A stretch of DNA of 64,000 nt from Dudresnaya verticillata. Taxonomy: Eukaryota. Below, piece by piece: positions 12,031-24,000 of this stretch (the stretch's first letter is position 1; every line of letters starts with the position of its first letter). The position numbers and the translations under genes were made by a program. The notes beneath the pieces are model-generated. The model was not told where the DNA came from, ran no database searches, and saw nothing but the letters and a program-made list of their open reading frames with translations. The stretch spans positions 3,038,001 through 3,102,000 of the forward strand of contig OZ374559.1 of NCBI GenBank assembly GCA_977862235.1, given 5' to 3'.

Positions 12031-13277
12031 CTTTGTTGAGTACACTTTATCATCACTCCACTTTGGTTTCCACCACGCCTTCATACGCTCAGATTTCCAC
12101 TCTCCCTTTCACTTGTAAAGTGACGTTTACCCTTTCACTTCTTTGATACTCTCGCGCTCCAGTTTCATAATCTTGTTCAACCAGTTGCCAAAAAGCTTTT
12201 CAACGAATAGCTTGCCCTTTTCAGTGCCCCACAGCTCATAACTGTTTGCCCTTCGTTAAAGCGCATCCTGTATCCGTATACCAAACTTGCAATGTGTGCA
12301 AAAGACGATCATCCCCACCCTTCAAACATGGCGTTATTGCCTTGGCCCACAGTCTCGGAGCACACTTTTTCCACTTCGCTCATCATCGTCTTTGCCCATT
12401 CACTTATCTCACCCGTCGCCTGCAATTTCGCATGCAACTGGACCCAGTCTCCAGTTGTGTTCCCCACCGCGTACGGCGGACTCGTTCTGATTACGTTGTG
12501 CAAGGATCGCAGTACTACTGCATCGTCCGACTCACCTTATCCCGCTCCTGTCATTTCAAGAGTACTACAGCACCAGTGCTCGGACCATCACAGCATAAGC
12601 AGCCTCTGGGACGAACCAGTGCTTCTGCCAATCGAAGCAACGCAGAATGTACAGGCCCCCATTTCGTTGCTGCTTGTCTGTATCTGAAACCGGCCGCACG
12701 CAGCTGTCCTGTACTACAACTAGCCGAGCCTGCCGGTCTCCCGCCTAAGCCGGCAATGTGCCCGGCTAAAACCTTGACCTTGTACTGCGCCGCCAAGGTA
12801 CGTTGCCGAACATCCGCTCGCCACAGGTACCCTGCCAGGGTACACGATTGCCATCAGAGTCTTTCCATACGCCCACAGCGTTGCCGTAATGTTCCAAACG
12901 CAGCGAAAAGAACGCAAACCGTGCTATATTGGACACTTCCGGTTGCCAGAAAGACTACCCTTCCGGGTGCCAGAAAGACCATTTGCAACATGTGTGTCGT
13001 TGTATTTTATTTGTTGTTTAACGTGGTCCTAACATGTGGTACTTTATCTATGTTGTCGTACGGAACAAAGACTGCAACCATGGAGCGTGATCTGAGCCTG
13101 TCCTTGACATTAGAAATGAAAACACAGACCATGATGCTTTCGCAGGGAGCCATTGCCGGGCATTTCAGAAGATGAGTGCATTACTATTGTACAAAAAAAA
13201 GTGATGGAGGCTTTAGCGAGAAACATAGAACGATTGCGGTTGAAAGCAGCACACAGCTACACCTATGATGGCATACT

Positions 13278-16200
13278 TTATTGGATTTTTCTTAAACACG
13301 CAGACAACATTTTTGCTGCTCTCTCTGCTAACTGATTTTCCGACTCGCCTTGATCGTTCAGAGCACCAGTATACTTCGTCAGCGCCGAAAGCGTATCCAT
13401 TACCTTCGTCACTGGATTCCCGACCTCTGCGCGGTCAAAGAAGCGATTATCTTTAAACACTCGCCAAAATCGATCGTCGAACGGAAGCTGTTTGTTCCTA
13501 CAATCTCTGAACTGGAGTTTGTAGAATAGCGGGAACAGCACAAGGCGCTGTGACCCTTGTTTGCGCTTGAGAAATTCTGACAGCTCCAACATGGGCCACT
13601 TGCGAGAGACAAACGACGGTGACAGGATGAAGATGCCAGCCTTGCTGCCCCGGACTGCTGCCCCGATTCTTTCTTCGATCTTTTGCGGGGAAACCTTCAG
13701 ACACGTTTTATCCAGAAAACAACGTAGGTCCCTCTTCTCCAACGCATTCCGTAGCGGGAATGCAAGTGACTCCTTATCTTCCCCGGCATGGCTGATAAAT
13801 ACATCGTATAGCATTACGGGTTCTGGCAATCTAAAAGGGCGATGACTTGGGCCCCCAAGTACTCTCCCAAGGATGTGCACCTTCAACTGCTTGTACGTCC
13901 AAGTCTGGCAACTCTGCTCATTGCGAAGGCAAGATCCTTCTGCTCGGTCCAACGTCTCACACTTCTCACTTCTTACCCAAGCCTCAGGGATTTTCAAGCG
14001 TACGGTACTGGTACCCCCACAGCCCCCGCGAATTTCCGAAGGGCAGTCTGTCATCATATGATGACTCCAATTGGCATTACTTCCGTGCAGCGGTCCATTC
14101 AAAAATCTTTCCATACCCTGCAAACACTTGTGTGCAATCTGCAAAGCTTCATCGCTTTCCGACCTGATGGTCCACACCACCCATCTCTTCTCTGGAACAA
14201 AGCAAAATACAACCCGGCATGCTCCCTCAAGTGACAGGATGACGGCATCTTGACGAAGCTCGGGCGGTTTTGTCCGCTCTCTTCCGATGGTTCGGTGAAG
14301 GTACGCGATCAGTGACCCTGTCAGACTTGGCGGAATGGTATCAACAAACTCTGTTCGTAAAATTAGTTCACTCTCTCACTCCTTTGTGTCATACGAGAAC
14401 CCTTCCCAGCCCTTTGGCAGCAGTGAAGGTATCCCGATTAGCTCGTTCTGTTCACCGTCCGCTCCTTCCACTGCCTGAAGGCGCATGAGGATGTCAAATT
14501 GACAAAGAATGTCAAGCATGACTTTTCGGACAGCTGGTGGGTATTTACACCACAATTCATCCAGTCCCTTTCGTGGGATCAGTCCTTTCTCGTAACTTTG
14601 TGCTTCATGCTGTCCCAGAGTCTGTAAACGCCTTTCAAACTCTTTCGCTTCTTCTTCACCCAGTCGTTCTCGCATAAGTTCCGCCGGCTCCGTGACCTGC
14701 CGAATAAAGTCCAGAATTATGCTCGGATCTGGGAACACATACCATCCCTCGCCCGTCTGAACTTCGACGATATGCCCTTGTTGACTCTGGAATTGAACGC
14801 ATTTCTCAACGTCGGCTTCTCTCTCCTCCTTGTCACTAGAGAATCCGGGAAGTCTGGCAGCATGGCTCTGAACTTCTGTCATTACCAGAAAGACTTTTTG
14901 GCTTTCAGTGGCGTGCGACAAAATGGCTTCCCTGAGGCAGCCCACCGAACTGGAACTCGTTCCCTTCCGTCAACAATTTCATCACTCGCGTCCTTGATTC
15001 TCTTCTCTAGTTCCACAACGCCTGACCCGGCACGGTCTTGTTCAGCACTGCTGTTCTTGTTCTCGATGGCAACCCACCGACACTTGCATTTGTCGACATC
15101 GCCCTTCTCACGTACCCAGTCATCGTAGACAGCCCTTCCGAGATGCTTTCGCAGTTTTTGTCGCAGCTGCTGAAACAAGTCTTCAGGGCTTTCAACTTCT
15201 GCCTTCCTGGTTCCCACCAGGATCACCCAAACATTTTTCGGGGTTTGCGAAGACGCATGTGCCATTTGCATCCAGTTGCATAGTTCTAACACTTCGTCCT
15301 CTTGGGTGACTTCTGACGCAAACCTTTTCAGATCTACCACGAAAACAAAAATGGAAGCGCGGCGGATGAAGATTGTGGGAACACTGAGGTACTCTGCCTG
15401 ACCCCCAAGGTCCCAGCATTGCACCAACGCAGCTCGATTATCCGCAGGTAATGGGCCATTCATCAGCCCTTGTCGTGCTGCTTCCCAAATGGGAGACGCT
15501 TGGGAGTTTATAGACTGCGAAGCAGCAATACTGGGCGGAGCTGGTGGTTGTTGAGCAGTGGTATGGCTGCTTGCCAATGTGTCTCCACTCTGGGGAACGG
15601 TCCTCTTGGTCGGAGGAGCTCGCTTGAGCCAAGTGGGGAGTTTAAGGCGGAATCTTGCGGTGGATTTTTCACTCGGCCGCGATGATGCATCAGTTGCAGT
15701 TGGGAGAAACGCCGATCCAGCTCGAAAGGAGCCGGCATCGGATGCACTTGCTGTAGATGACGTTGGTCGTTCCGTTGGCGTGGGTAACGCTGGAATACCT
15801 GACCGTGACATGAGGGCATGGAAGGCCTCGCTGTTGAAGGCGAGCTGGTCGACATGGTCATCGTCCAACTTGGGGCCGTCCGGGACGACAAGAGTGCGAC
15901 TCAGCGACACAAAGTGTGTCGGCTGGTGGGTGGCAACGAAGGGCATGGAGCGCAGGCTCCTTACCGTGCTTGTCTTGCCGCGTGCCGCACCGCCGAGAAC
16001 AAGAAGAAAGCACTGCCGTGGCTTTGCTGTGGCGGTCTTGAGGGTGTTTTCAACAAGTGTGCTGGTGTCACTGATGCGGTTGACAAGGTATTGCGACCGG
16101 CTGCCGAAGAATTCAAGCTCAAGAGGCGTTACCTGTTGATGCGCTGCTTGTTGATGCAGTTGGGCTGCTTCGCGCTCATCGCGAGCAACACCGACATCTC

Positions 16201-16509
16201 CGCGGCCAAGCAATGTGGCGAGCTCATAGAATGCGATGCGGGTGCGATGGAGTTCGATTGAGCGTTGGAAGAGGCTCTTCGCGCGCGGCGGATCGCGCGC
16301 GTCTCCGATATGATTGGACAAAAGCATTTGGCCCAACCGAACCATATACATTGGGGCCCTCTCGTGACCGCTGTCGCAGGCGCGTTGGAGCAGTTCGACG
16401 CCGCGCGGAACGTCTCGCGGAACATCGATTCCGCCGCTCAGCAGCAATTCGCCCAAATTGGCCATTGCGACGACATTTTCGCCCTCCGCGATGGCGCGCT
16501 CGTACAGCG
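13278..16509 (-). pseudogene. Sel1-Roc-COR-TIR paralogue G1, disrupted
   Basis: Near-identical to 51076-54270. Premature TGA at ~14376, 1-bp deletion at ~14937, and 5' part interrupted by the retrotransposon array at 16510; continues at 27783-27903. Confidence 0.92.
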
Positions 16510-16830
16510 AAGCTTTTCGTTGACATTCAGTCAAGATCTTCATCCTCTGCCTTACCATTCACAAACGTACTGGACGAAGTTGCGTTTTCTGCTCCTTTGG
16601 GAACCCCAGGCTTGTTTTCCTCGCTGTTTGTCTCTACTTCTTCCCCTCCTTCTAGCGCGACTGTGCGGAGCTCTGCAACTGCGGCTCTGCCGTATTTGCG
16701 CCGGCAGCTCGCGGGGGGTTTCTTCGCCTTTCGTGGTGTTTCTGTCTCTCGTTTTCCCCTTGACCCCGCTTGTTTCCACTCGTTGTTCTTGCCACTGTCG
16801 TTTACCCTCTGTCGTGTCATCTTGTTCGTC

Positions 16831-18039
16831 ATGCCTTCAGCCAATCATACTCGTCGTTCGCTCCAAAATGTCCAACAAGAAGCTTTCGTCTCTCTCACGC
16901 ATGCCACCGTCGATTTTATTGCACTATCCGCCTCTTTATTGGATCCCGTGGTCGATCTCGGAAATGAAAATGCCTTAGACACCTTCCTTCTCCAGATCTC
17001 TGAACTACCTCGCGTTAAGGCTCTTATCTCGACATTTCAACACAATCTGCACTTTAAATCTCTTCTTCGTGTCTTTCTAAACCTCTCTGGACCTGTCCCT
17101 GCTTCTACTACTGGTCCAGCTGTGTCAAGTGCGGTCCCTCCGTCCACCCCTGTTGAAGCCTGTGTGCCGCGTTCTGCACCGGTTCCTGACTCTGAACCCG
17201 GACGTTCTGCTTCAAAATCATATCTTAATGCTGTTCGGGCGACTCAGAAGCCTACGCCCGTAGGGCGCTTGCCCCTCCTCGGTCGGAACGGGCTCGATCT
17301 ACAGTGTATCCCACCTGACGCGGCTCTTACGCATAAGTTCGCGGGAAATGTTCGTCGTACTAATCGTCGTCTATTCGGGGGAAATGAAAAACGTGTTGTC
17401 CGCGTTTCGACTGCGCAAGAGACCGATATCATCGAACATCCAGCTGAATTCCGCCGAGCTATACATCAAGGTGGATTTCCTGGCCCCTGCTCCATCCTTC
17501 GCACTACAGATCCTGCGGTTTTTTATGTCGTCGCTGCAGCCCGTGATCTTGAATCACTACAGCCAGCATATAAGGCATTCACGGATCTGGCGAAACATGC
17601 TGACAACTCTATAGTACCGACATTGGAATTCTCTGCAATCACGGACCTTCACACCTCCTTAAATACTGTCGATGCAGTTAACTCTGTTTTCCTTCCGTTG
17701 CAAAATGAGATTACGCGCCTGGAGACCTCGGCTAGCAAGTGGGGCCCCGCACCGTATTTTTCTGCTGCTCTCCGCTCCACTCATGATTTGCTTCAAGAAC
17801 GTCTTTCTCAGTGGGGTCATGATACCCATCCGTTGCCTCAACCCCCTGCAGACTACCCGAATATTGGTGCAAAGCGCCGGAGGGTATATCGTCGCCTATC
17901 TTCTCCTGATGCCGACGGTTTCGTCCGTGTTCTCCCTCGAAATGCTTCTGATGAATCCTCGCCTTCCCCGGATGCGTTACCCGCATCAACTGATCTAGGA
18001 CAACAATCGACAGACGTCGCAATGATTCCCAACGCATAA
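16831..18039 (+). CDS. Retrotransposon ORF1, 402 aa, no recognisable domain
   Basis: ATG at 16831 (MPSANH...) aligns with the start of the diverged homologue at 29618 (MSPSNQ...); its stop overlaps the ORF2 ATG. Confidence 0.85.
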   Translation: MPSANHTRRSLQNVQQEAFVSLTHATVDFIALSASLLDPVVDLGNENALDTFLLQISELPRVKALISTFQHNLHFKSLLRVFLNLSGPVPASTTGPAVSSAVPPSTPVEACVPRSAPVPDSEPGRSASKSYLNAVRATQKPTPVGRLPLLGRNGLDLQCIPPDAALTHKFAGNVRRTNRRLFGGNEKRVVRVSTAQETDIIEHPAEFRRAIHQGGFPGPCSILRTTDPAVFYVVAAARDLESLQPAYKAFTDLAKHADNSIVPTLEFSAITDLHTSLNTVDAVNSVFLPLQNEITRLETSASKWGPAPYFSAALRSTHDLLQERLSQWGHDTHPLPQPPADYPNIGAKRRRVYRRLSSPDADGFVRVLPRNASDESSPSPDALPASTDLGQQSTDVAMIPNA

Positions 18040-21000
18040 TGTCAAATGCACCACTTCAGTTCGACCCTTGTCCTCGACCAGAACTCCTCTTCCCTTTACC
18101 GATCCCCACAATTAAGTTTCTGCCAAATACGCTTCGGGCAGACTGGGACAACCTCCTATTTCAATTGTTCTCGTCTTTTGTATCTGCTCATACGCCAAGC
18201 GCTCTTGAGGAAAGCCTTTCTCGCATTTTGGCGGTAGGAAAGCTTGTTATTCGTAAGAACGGAGCGGGCGAACCGCGAAATTCGCATCGTCGCACGCTCA
18301 CTCGAATGTTGCGCGCACGCATTCGTCTAGCTCTTCTAGGTCGGTGGCATGATCTATGGGAATCTGCCACTTCTGCTTTCCCATCTCTTCCCACAGCCTC
18401 ACTTCACATTCCTTCGGATCCGTCCCGGCGCTGCCGTCAACTATGCTCTGATGGAGCTCTTAGCAAAGCAGCTGCTGCACTCTGCTCTACAACACCTCCG
18501 GTACTCCCAAATTCTTCTACCCTCCCTGCCATGGAGGCGCTTCATCCAGCCCCTGTTGAAGCGGTTCTTCCACATTGCTATTCTTCCCTACCTCCTGCAT
18601 ACGACTTCCCTGAGTCTGATATTCGCCGGGCCTTGCGGTTTCTCCCGTATCATTCCTCCCCAGGCCCAGATGGCCTTCGTCCCAGTCTTCTAAGACTTCT
18701 TGCTCACCCACCTGGAAGTACGGAGCCAAGTCGCTCTGCCTTAACTGCTCTCACTGCCTTTGTGAACAAATGCGCTGCTGGCCGTCTCCCATCTTCGTTC
18801 AGCCCGTGGTTTGCTAGCGCCCTCCTGATTGGTATTCCAAAGTCAAAACCAGGATCCCTACGTCCCATAGCTATGGGTTGCATTATTCGGCGTTTTGTAT
18901 GCCGTCTTCTTGCTCAACGTGCATCCAAGGATCCTGCTGTGATATCGTATCTACGTCCTTTTCAACTCGCTGTTGGTACCCCAAATGGAGCCGAGGCCAT
19001 CATTCATTCCCTACGAGCCTTTATTGCATCTCATCGTACTGAATCCCTCGTTTTGCTTCGCATCGATGCTAAGAATGCCTTTAATAGCATTGAGCGAGCT
19101 CATTTCTTACGGGAAGTTATTTCCCATGTTCCAGGAATTTCTAAGATGGTTCATTACCTCTATACTGCATCACCTAGACTTCTGTTCGGAGAGTTCACCC
19201 TGTTCAGCCATACAGGTACCCAGCAGGGTGACCCGTTGAGCATGATTATTTTTTGTATTGCTCTACAACCGCTTCTTTGTGCTGTTGCCTCCAGATTTAG
19301 CAGCATTAAGCTTATTACGGCTTATGCCGACGATTTGTATATCGTGCTTCCCATTTCTTCTGCTGCAGAAGTCCTACATTTTCTCTCCGATCGAGGTTCT
19401 TCTTATGGTTTTCATGTGCAGCTTGGTTCCCATAAGTCTGACGCGTGGTGGCCTCTTCTGCCTCGCCTACGCTCTTCCCCTCTTCGTAATTTACCATGCG
19501 ATGTTAACCGAAATGCTGCCATTGAGGTTCTAGGTTCCCCTATTGGGGCTGACAATGCCTGTAAGGCTATCTTGACGAAGAAACTACAGTCCGTGGCTCT
19601 ACTCTGGGATCGTTTACTTTCTCTCAGTGACCCTCAACTTGTCTTTCACCTTCTACGCTTCTGTGCTGGTGTATCAAAACTATCCTACCTGCTCCGAACT
19701 ACCCCTCCGCACTTAACCTCTTCCATTGCCGTGTCCCACGACCTTGGAATGCGACGGGTGTTTGAAGCAACTCATTGTCTCTTAACCGATTCGATTTGGA
19801 AGCTCAGTTCTCTACCGCTGCGATCTGGTGGCCTAGGACTGACTAGAGCTTCTGCTGTGGTGGATCTCAGCTATTTAGCGTCTCTCGGTTCAAGCATGTC
19901 TACCATCCGGACAGTTCTTGGTCCTTTTCCCTTCCCTGCTGACAACACCCTTGGGCCTTCCCTAGGCCGTCTACGCTCTTCTGTTGGCAAACAGTGTCAA
20001 GCCCGACTTAATGATGTAACCACGTTCTTGAATTCTTTCCATGCTACTCCTCATGACTCAAGGTCTCCCGGGTCTGTGCATCATGAGCTTTTTTCTTCTA
20101 TTAATGCCGTGGTTTTGGCCTCTGTGACCCCGTCATCCAACTCTAGTGATGATCTTCGCTGTCGTCTTCGTCTGCAATCTACCTGCACGGCCAGTTCTGC
20201 GCGCGCATTTGCCGCTGTACCTTCCTCCTTCCATGGTACTCGGGTCGAACCTGAAGTTTGGATATCAATGATCCAGCTACGACTTGGACTTCCCATCTTC
20301 AGTGGAGATGACCCATGCCCCCGTTGTGTTGATGGTACCGCTTCTGTTCCCCCTCTTCTTGATGTTTATGGGCATCATGCTACGGTCTGTTCTTCTCGTG
20401 AGGGCACGATTCGCCGTCATGATCATCTTCGGGATCGTTTAAGTGTCTTATTTCAGACTATCGCCCGCCCCCATGGCGTGCGCGTTGAAGTTGAGCATCG
20501 TTTCACTTATTCGGATGAGCATGGGCCCCGTAGCTCTGTCCCCAACGCTGCCCGAACACGTGCTGAACGCATACGTGACGAGCGTCATGCTGCTTCTGGT
20601 GGTCCCCCACAGCCTGTTGATCCACGTGACCAACTGCGTATGGATATTTTCGTTGATGATCGTGGCTTTGCCCCTCACCCCCATGGATTTGATGTCTCGG
20701 TCGTCAGTCCCCATTCTATTCATGGTTCCACTGGTCGCGTTGCTGGCCAAGCCATTGCAGCTCGCGAACGTGTCAAACGCTCTCATTACCGCCGCGTGTG
20801 CGCTAGTTTGGATATGGTTATCCATCCTATGGTTGTAGATGTCTATGGCCGTGTTGGATCTGGCTTTGAAGTTGGCGCCCAACGTATTGCTAACTTCATT
20901 GCCAGCAAGCGCGGGACCTCTCCGTCTACGGAGAAACTTCGCCTCACTACTCGTTTACTCTCTTTAGTTCTCCAATGCGTCGCGGTGAGTGTCAACCGCC

Positions 21001-21044
21001 GCAAGCTTGCTCCTCCGCCTCTTTATGGTAGCTCTGAATCCTAA
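18039..21044 (+). CDS. ORF2: reverse transcriptase + Zn knuckle + restriction-like endonuclease, 1001 aa
   Basis: SSPGPDG, LRPIAMG, IDAKNAFNS, GTQQGDPLS, AYADD, GGLGL; CPRC...GHHATVC, RRHD, RMDIFV, FDVSVV, RERVKRSHY, PMVVDVYG. Confidence 0.96.
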   Translation: MSNAPLQFDPCPRPELLFPLPIPTIKFLPNTLRADWDNLLFQLFSSFVSAHTPSALEESLSRILAVGKLVIRKNGAGEPRNSHRRTLTRMLRARIRLALLGRWHDLWESATSAFPSLPTASLHIPSDPSRRCRQLCSDGALSKAAAALCSTTPPVLPNSSTLPAMEALHPAPVEAVLPHCYSSLPPAYDFPESDIRRALRFLPYHSSPGPDGLRPSLLRLLAHPPGSTEPSRSALTALTAFVNKCAAGRLPSSFSPWFASALLIGIPKSKPGSLRPIAMGCIIRRFVCRLLAQRASKDPAVISYLRPFQLAVGTPNGAEAIIHSLRAFIASHRTESLVLLRIDAKNAFNSIERAHFLREVISHVPGISKMVHYLYTASPRLLFGEFTLFSHTGTQQGDPLSMIIFCIALQPLLCAVASRFSSIKLITAYADDLYIVLPISSAAEVLHFLSDRGSSYGFHVQLGSHKSDAWWPLLPRLRSSPLRNLPCDVNRNAAIEVLGSPIGADNACKAILTKKLQSVALLWDRLLSLSDPQLVFHLLRFCAGVSKLSYLLRTTPPHLTSSIAVSHDLGMRRVFEATHCLLTDSIWKLSSLPLRSGGLGLTRASAVVDLSYLASLGSSMSTIRTVLGPFPFPADNTLGPSLGRLRSSVGKQCQARLNDVTTFLNSFHATPHDSRSPGSVHHELFSSINAVVLASVTPSSNSSDDLRCRLRLQSTCTASSARAFAAVPSSFHGTRVEPEVWISMIQLRLGLPIFSGDDPCPRCVDGTASVPPLLDVYGHHATVCSSREGTIRRHDHLRDRLSVLFQTIARPHGVRVEVEHRFTYSDEHGPRSSVPNAARTRAERIRDERHAASGGPPQPVDPRDQLRMDIFVDDRGFAPHPHGFDVSVVSPHSIHGSTGRVAGQAIAARERVKRSHYRRVCASLDMVIHPMVVDVYGRVGSGFEVGAQRIANFIASKRGTSPSTEKLRLTTRLLSLVLQCVAVSVNRRKLAPPPLYGSSES

Positions 21045-24000
21045 GCCCATTTAAGGGGCTTCTCTCTTGTTCTTTAATAAAGGTCTCTCTCTCTCTTGAC
21101 ATTCAGAAAAGGTCCTTTCAGAACCTTTTTCTGTTCCTTTGGGAACCCCAGGCTTGTTTTCCTCGCTGTTTGTCTCTACTTCTTCCCCTCCTTCTAGCGC
21201 GACTGTGCGGAGCTCTGCAACTGCGGTTCTGCCGTATTTGCGCCGGCAGGTCGCGGGGGGTTTCTTCACCTTTCGTGGTGTTTCCGTCTCTCGTTTTCCC
21301 CTTGACCCTGTTTGTTTCCATTCGTTGTTGTTCTTGCCACTGTCGTTTACACCCTGTCGTGTCATCTTGTTCGTCATGCCTTCAGCCAATCATACTCGTC
21401 GTTCGCTCCAAAATGCCCAACAAGAAGCTTTCGTCTCTCTCACGCATGCCCCCGTCGATTTTATTGCACTATCCGCCTCTATTGGATCCCGTGGTCGATC
21501 TCGGAAATGAAAATGCCTTAGACACCTTCCTTCTCCAGATCTCTGAACTACCGCGCGTTAAGGCTCTTATCTCGACATTTCAACACAATCTGCACTTTAA
21601 ATCTCTTCTTCGTGTCTTTCTAAACCTCTCTGGACCTGTCCCTGCTTCTACTGCTGGTCCGGCTGTGTCAAGTGCAGTCCCTCCGTCCACCCCTGTTGAA
21701 GCCTGTGCGCCGCGTTCTGCACCGGTTCCTGACTCTGAACCCGGAAGTTCTGCTTCAAAATCGTATCTTAATGCTGTTCGGGCGACTCAGAAGCCTACGC
21801 CCGTAGGGCGCTTGCCCCTCCTCGGTCGGAACGGGCTCGATCTACAGTGTATCCCACCTGACGCGGCTCTTACGCATAAGTTCGCTGGAAATGTTCGTCG
21901 TACTAATCGTCGTCTATTGGGGGAAACGAAAAACGTGTTGTCCGCGTTTCGACTGCGCAAGAGACCGATATCATAGAACATCCAGCTGAATTCCGCCGAG
22001 CTATACATCAAGGTGGATTTCCTGGCCCCTGCTCCATCCTTCGCACTACGGATCCTGCCGTTTTTTATGTCGTCGCTGCAGCTCGTGATCTTGAATCACT
22101 ACAGCTAGCATATAAGGCATTCACGGATCTGGCGAAACATGCTGACAACTCTATAGTACCGACATTGGAATTCTCTGCAATTACCGACCTTCACACCTCC
22201 TTAAATACTGTCGATGCAGTTAACTCTGTTTTCCTTCCGTTGAAAAATGAGATTACGCGCCTGAAGACCTCGGCTAGTAAGTGGGGCCCCGCACCGTATT
22301 TTTCTGCTGCTCTCCGCTCCACTCATGCTTTGCTTCAAGAAAGTCTTTCTCAGTGGGGTCATGATACCCATCCGTTGCTTCAACCCCCTGCAGACTACCC
22401 GAATATTGGTGCGAAGCGCCGCAGGGTGTATCTTCGCCTATCTTCTCCTGATGCCGACGGTTTCGTCCGTGTTCTCCCTCGAAATGAATCTGATGAATCC
22501 TCGCCTTCCCCGGATGCGTTACCCGCATCAACTGATCTAGGACAACAATCGACAGACGTCGCAATGATTTCCAACGCATAATGTCAAATGCACCACTTCA
22601 GTTCGACCCTTGTGCTCGACCACAACTCCTCTTCCCTTTACCGATCCCCACAATTACGTTTCTGCCAAATACGCTTCGGGCAGACTGGGACAACCTCCTA
22701 TTTCATTTGTTCTCGTCTTTTGTATCTGCTCATACGCCAAGCGCTCTTGAGGAAAGCCTTTCTCGCATTTTGGCGGTAGGAAAGCTTGTTGTTCGTAAGA
22801 ACGGGGCGGGCGAACCGCGAAATTCGCATCGTCGCACGCTCACTCGAATGTTGCGCGCACGCATTCGTCTAGCTCTTCTAGGTCGGTGGCATGATCTATG
22901 GGAATCTGCCACTTCTGCTTTCCCATCTCTTCCCACAGCCTCACTTCACATTCCTTCAGATCCGTCCCGGCGCTGCCGTCAACTATGCTCTGATGGAGCT
23001 CTTAGCAAAGCAGCTGCTGCACTCTGCTCTACAACACCTCCGGTACTCCCAAATTCGTCTACCCGCCCTGCCATGGAGGCGCTTCATCCAGCCCCTGTTG
23101 AAGCGGTTCTTCCACATTGCTATTCTTCCCTACCTCCTGCATACGACTTCCCTGAGTCTGATATTCGCCGGGCCCTGCGGTTTCTCCCGTATCATTCCTC
23201 CCCAGGCCCAGATGGCCTTCGTCCCAGTCTTCTAAGACTTCTTGCTCACCCACCTGGAAGTACGGAGCCAAGTCGCTCTGCCTTAACTGCTCTCACTGCC
23301 TTTGTGAACAAATGCGCTGCTGGCCGTCTCCCATCTTCGTTCAGCCCGTGGCTTGCTAGCGCCCTCCTGATTGGTATTCCAAAGTCAAAACCAGGATCCC
23401 TACGTCCCATAGCTATGGGTTGCATTATTCGGCGTTTTGTATGCCGTCTTCTTGCTCAACGTGCATCCAAGGATCCTGCTGTGATATCGTATCTATGTCC
23501 TTTTCAACTCACTGTTGGTACCCAAATGGAGCCGAGGCCATCATTCATTCCCTACGAGCCTTTATTGCATCTCATCGTACTGAATCCCTCGTTTTGCTTC
23601 GCATCGATGCTAAGAATGCCTTTAATAGCATTGAGCGAGCTCATTTCTTACGGGAAGTTATTTCCCATGTTCCAGGAATTTCTAAGATGGTTCATTACCT
23701 CTATACTGCATCACCTAGACTTCTGTTCGGAGAGTTCACCCTGTTCAGCCATACAGGTACCCAGCAGGGTGACCCGTTGAGCATGCTTCTTTTTTCTATT
23801 GCTCTACAACCGCTTCTTTGTGCTGTTGCCTCCAGATTTAGCAGCATTAAGCTTATTACGGCTTATGCCGACGATTTGTATATCGTGCTTCCCATTTCGT
23901 CTGCTGCAGAAGTCCTACATTTTCTCTCCGATCGAGGTTCTTCTTATGGTTTTCATGTGCAGCTTGGTTCCCATAAGTCTGACGCGTGGTGGCCTCTTCT

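Larger units (their letters stand above)
10113..16509. repeat. Segmental duplication unit 1 (flank + LINE-B fragment + receptor gene)
   Basis: Near-identical over several kb to ~48645-54270, and partly to 28870-29322 + 33787-36377. Confidence 0.9.
16510..21095 (+). mobile_element. Full-length, apparently intact two-ORF CRE-like (RLE-type) non-LTR retrotransposon, family A1 copy a
   Basis: 5' UTR, ORF1, RT-RLE ORF2, 3' hairpin, aataaagg(tc)n tail. The two-copy array is flanked by ctcgtacagcg at 16499-16509 and 27783-27793. Confidence 0.93.

Noticed and set aside
12246..13175. 309-aa ORF present in three copies (also 34370-35233 and 50044-50973)
   Set aside because: Conservation is explained by recent segmental duplication; non-ATG start, frameshift in one copy, no motifs. 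Another frame (PTAYGGLVL, related to ~62140-62490) hints only at a decayed retroelement.
16213..16830. 608-aa ORF1 as given in the ORF track
   Set aside because: The extension runs through the antisense Sel1 gene and the 5' UTR from a non-ATG start; homology with A2 supports the ATG at 16831.
21470..23525. Programmed frameshifts in A1b (and at ~14937 in G1)
   Set aside because: Single-base indels in homopolymers, absent from the intact paralogues; decay or sequencing error is more likely.
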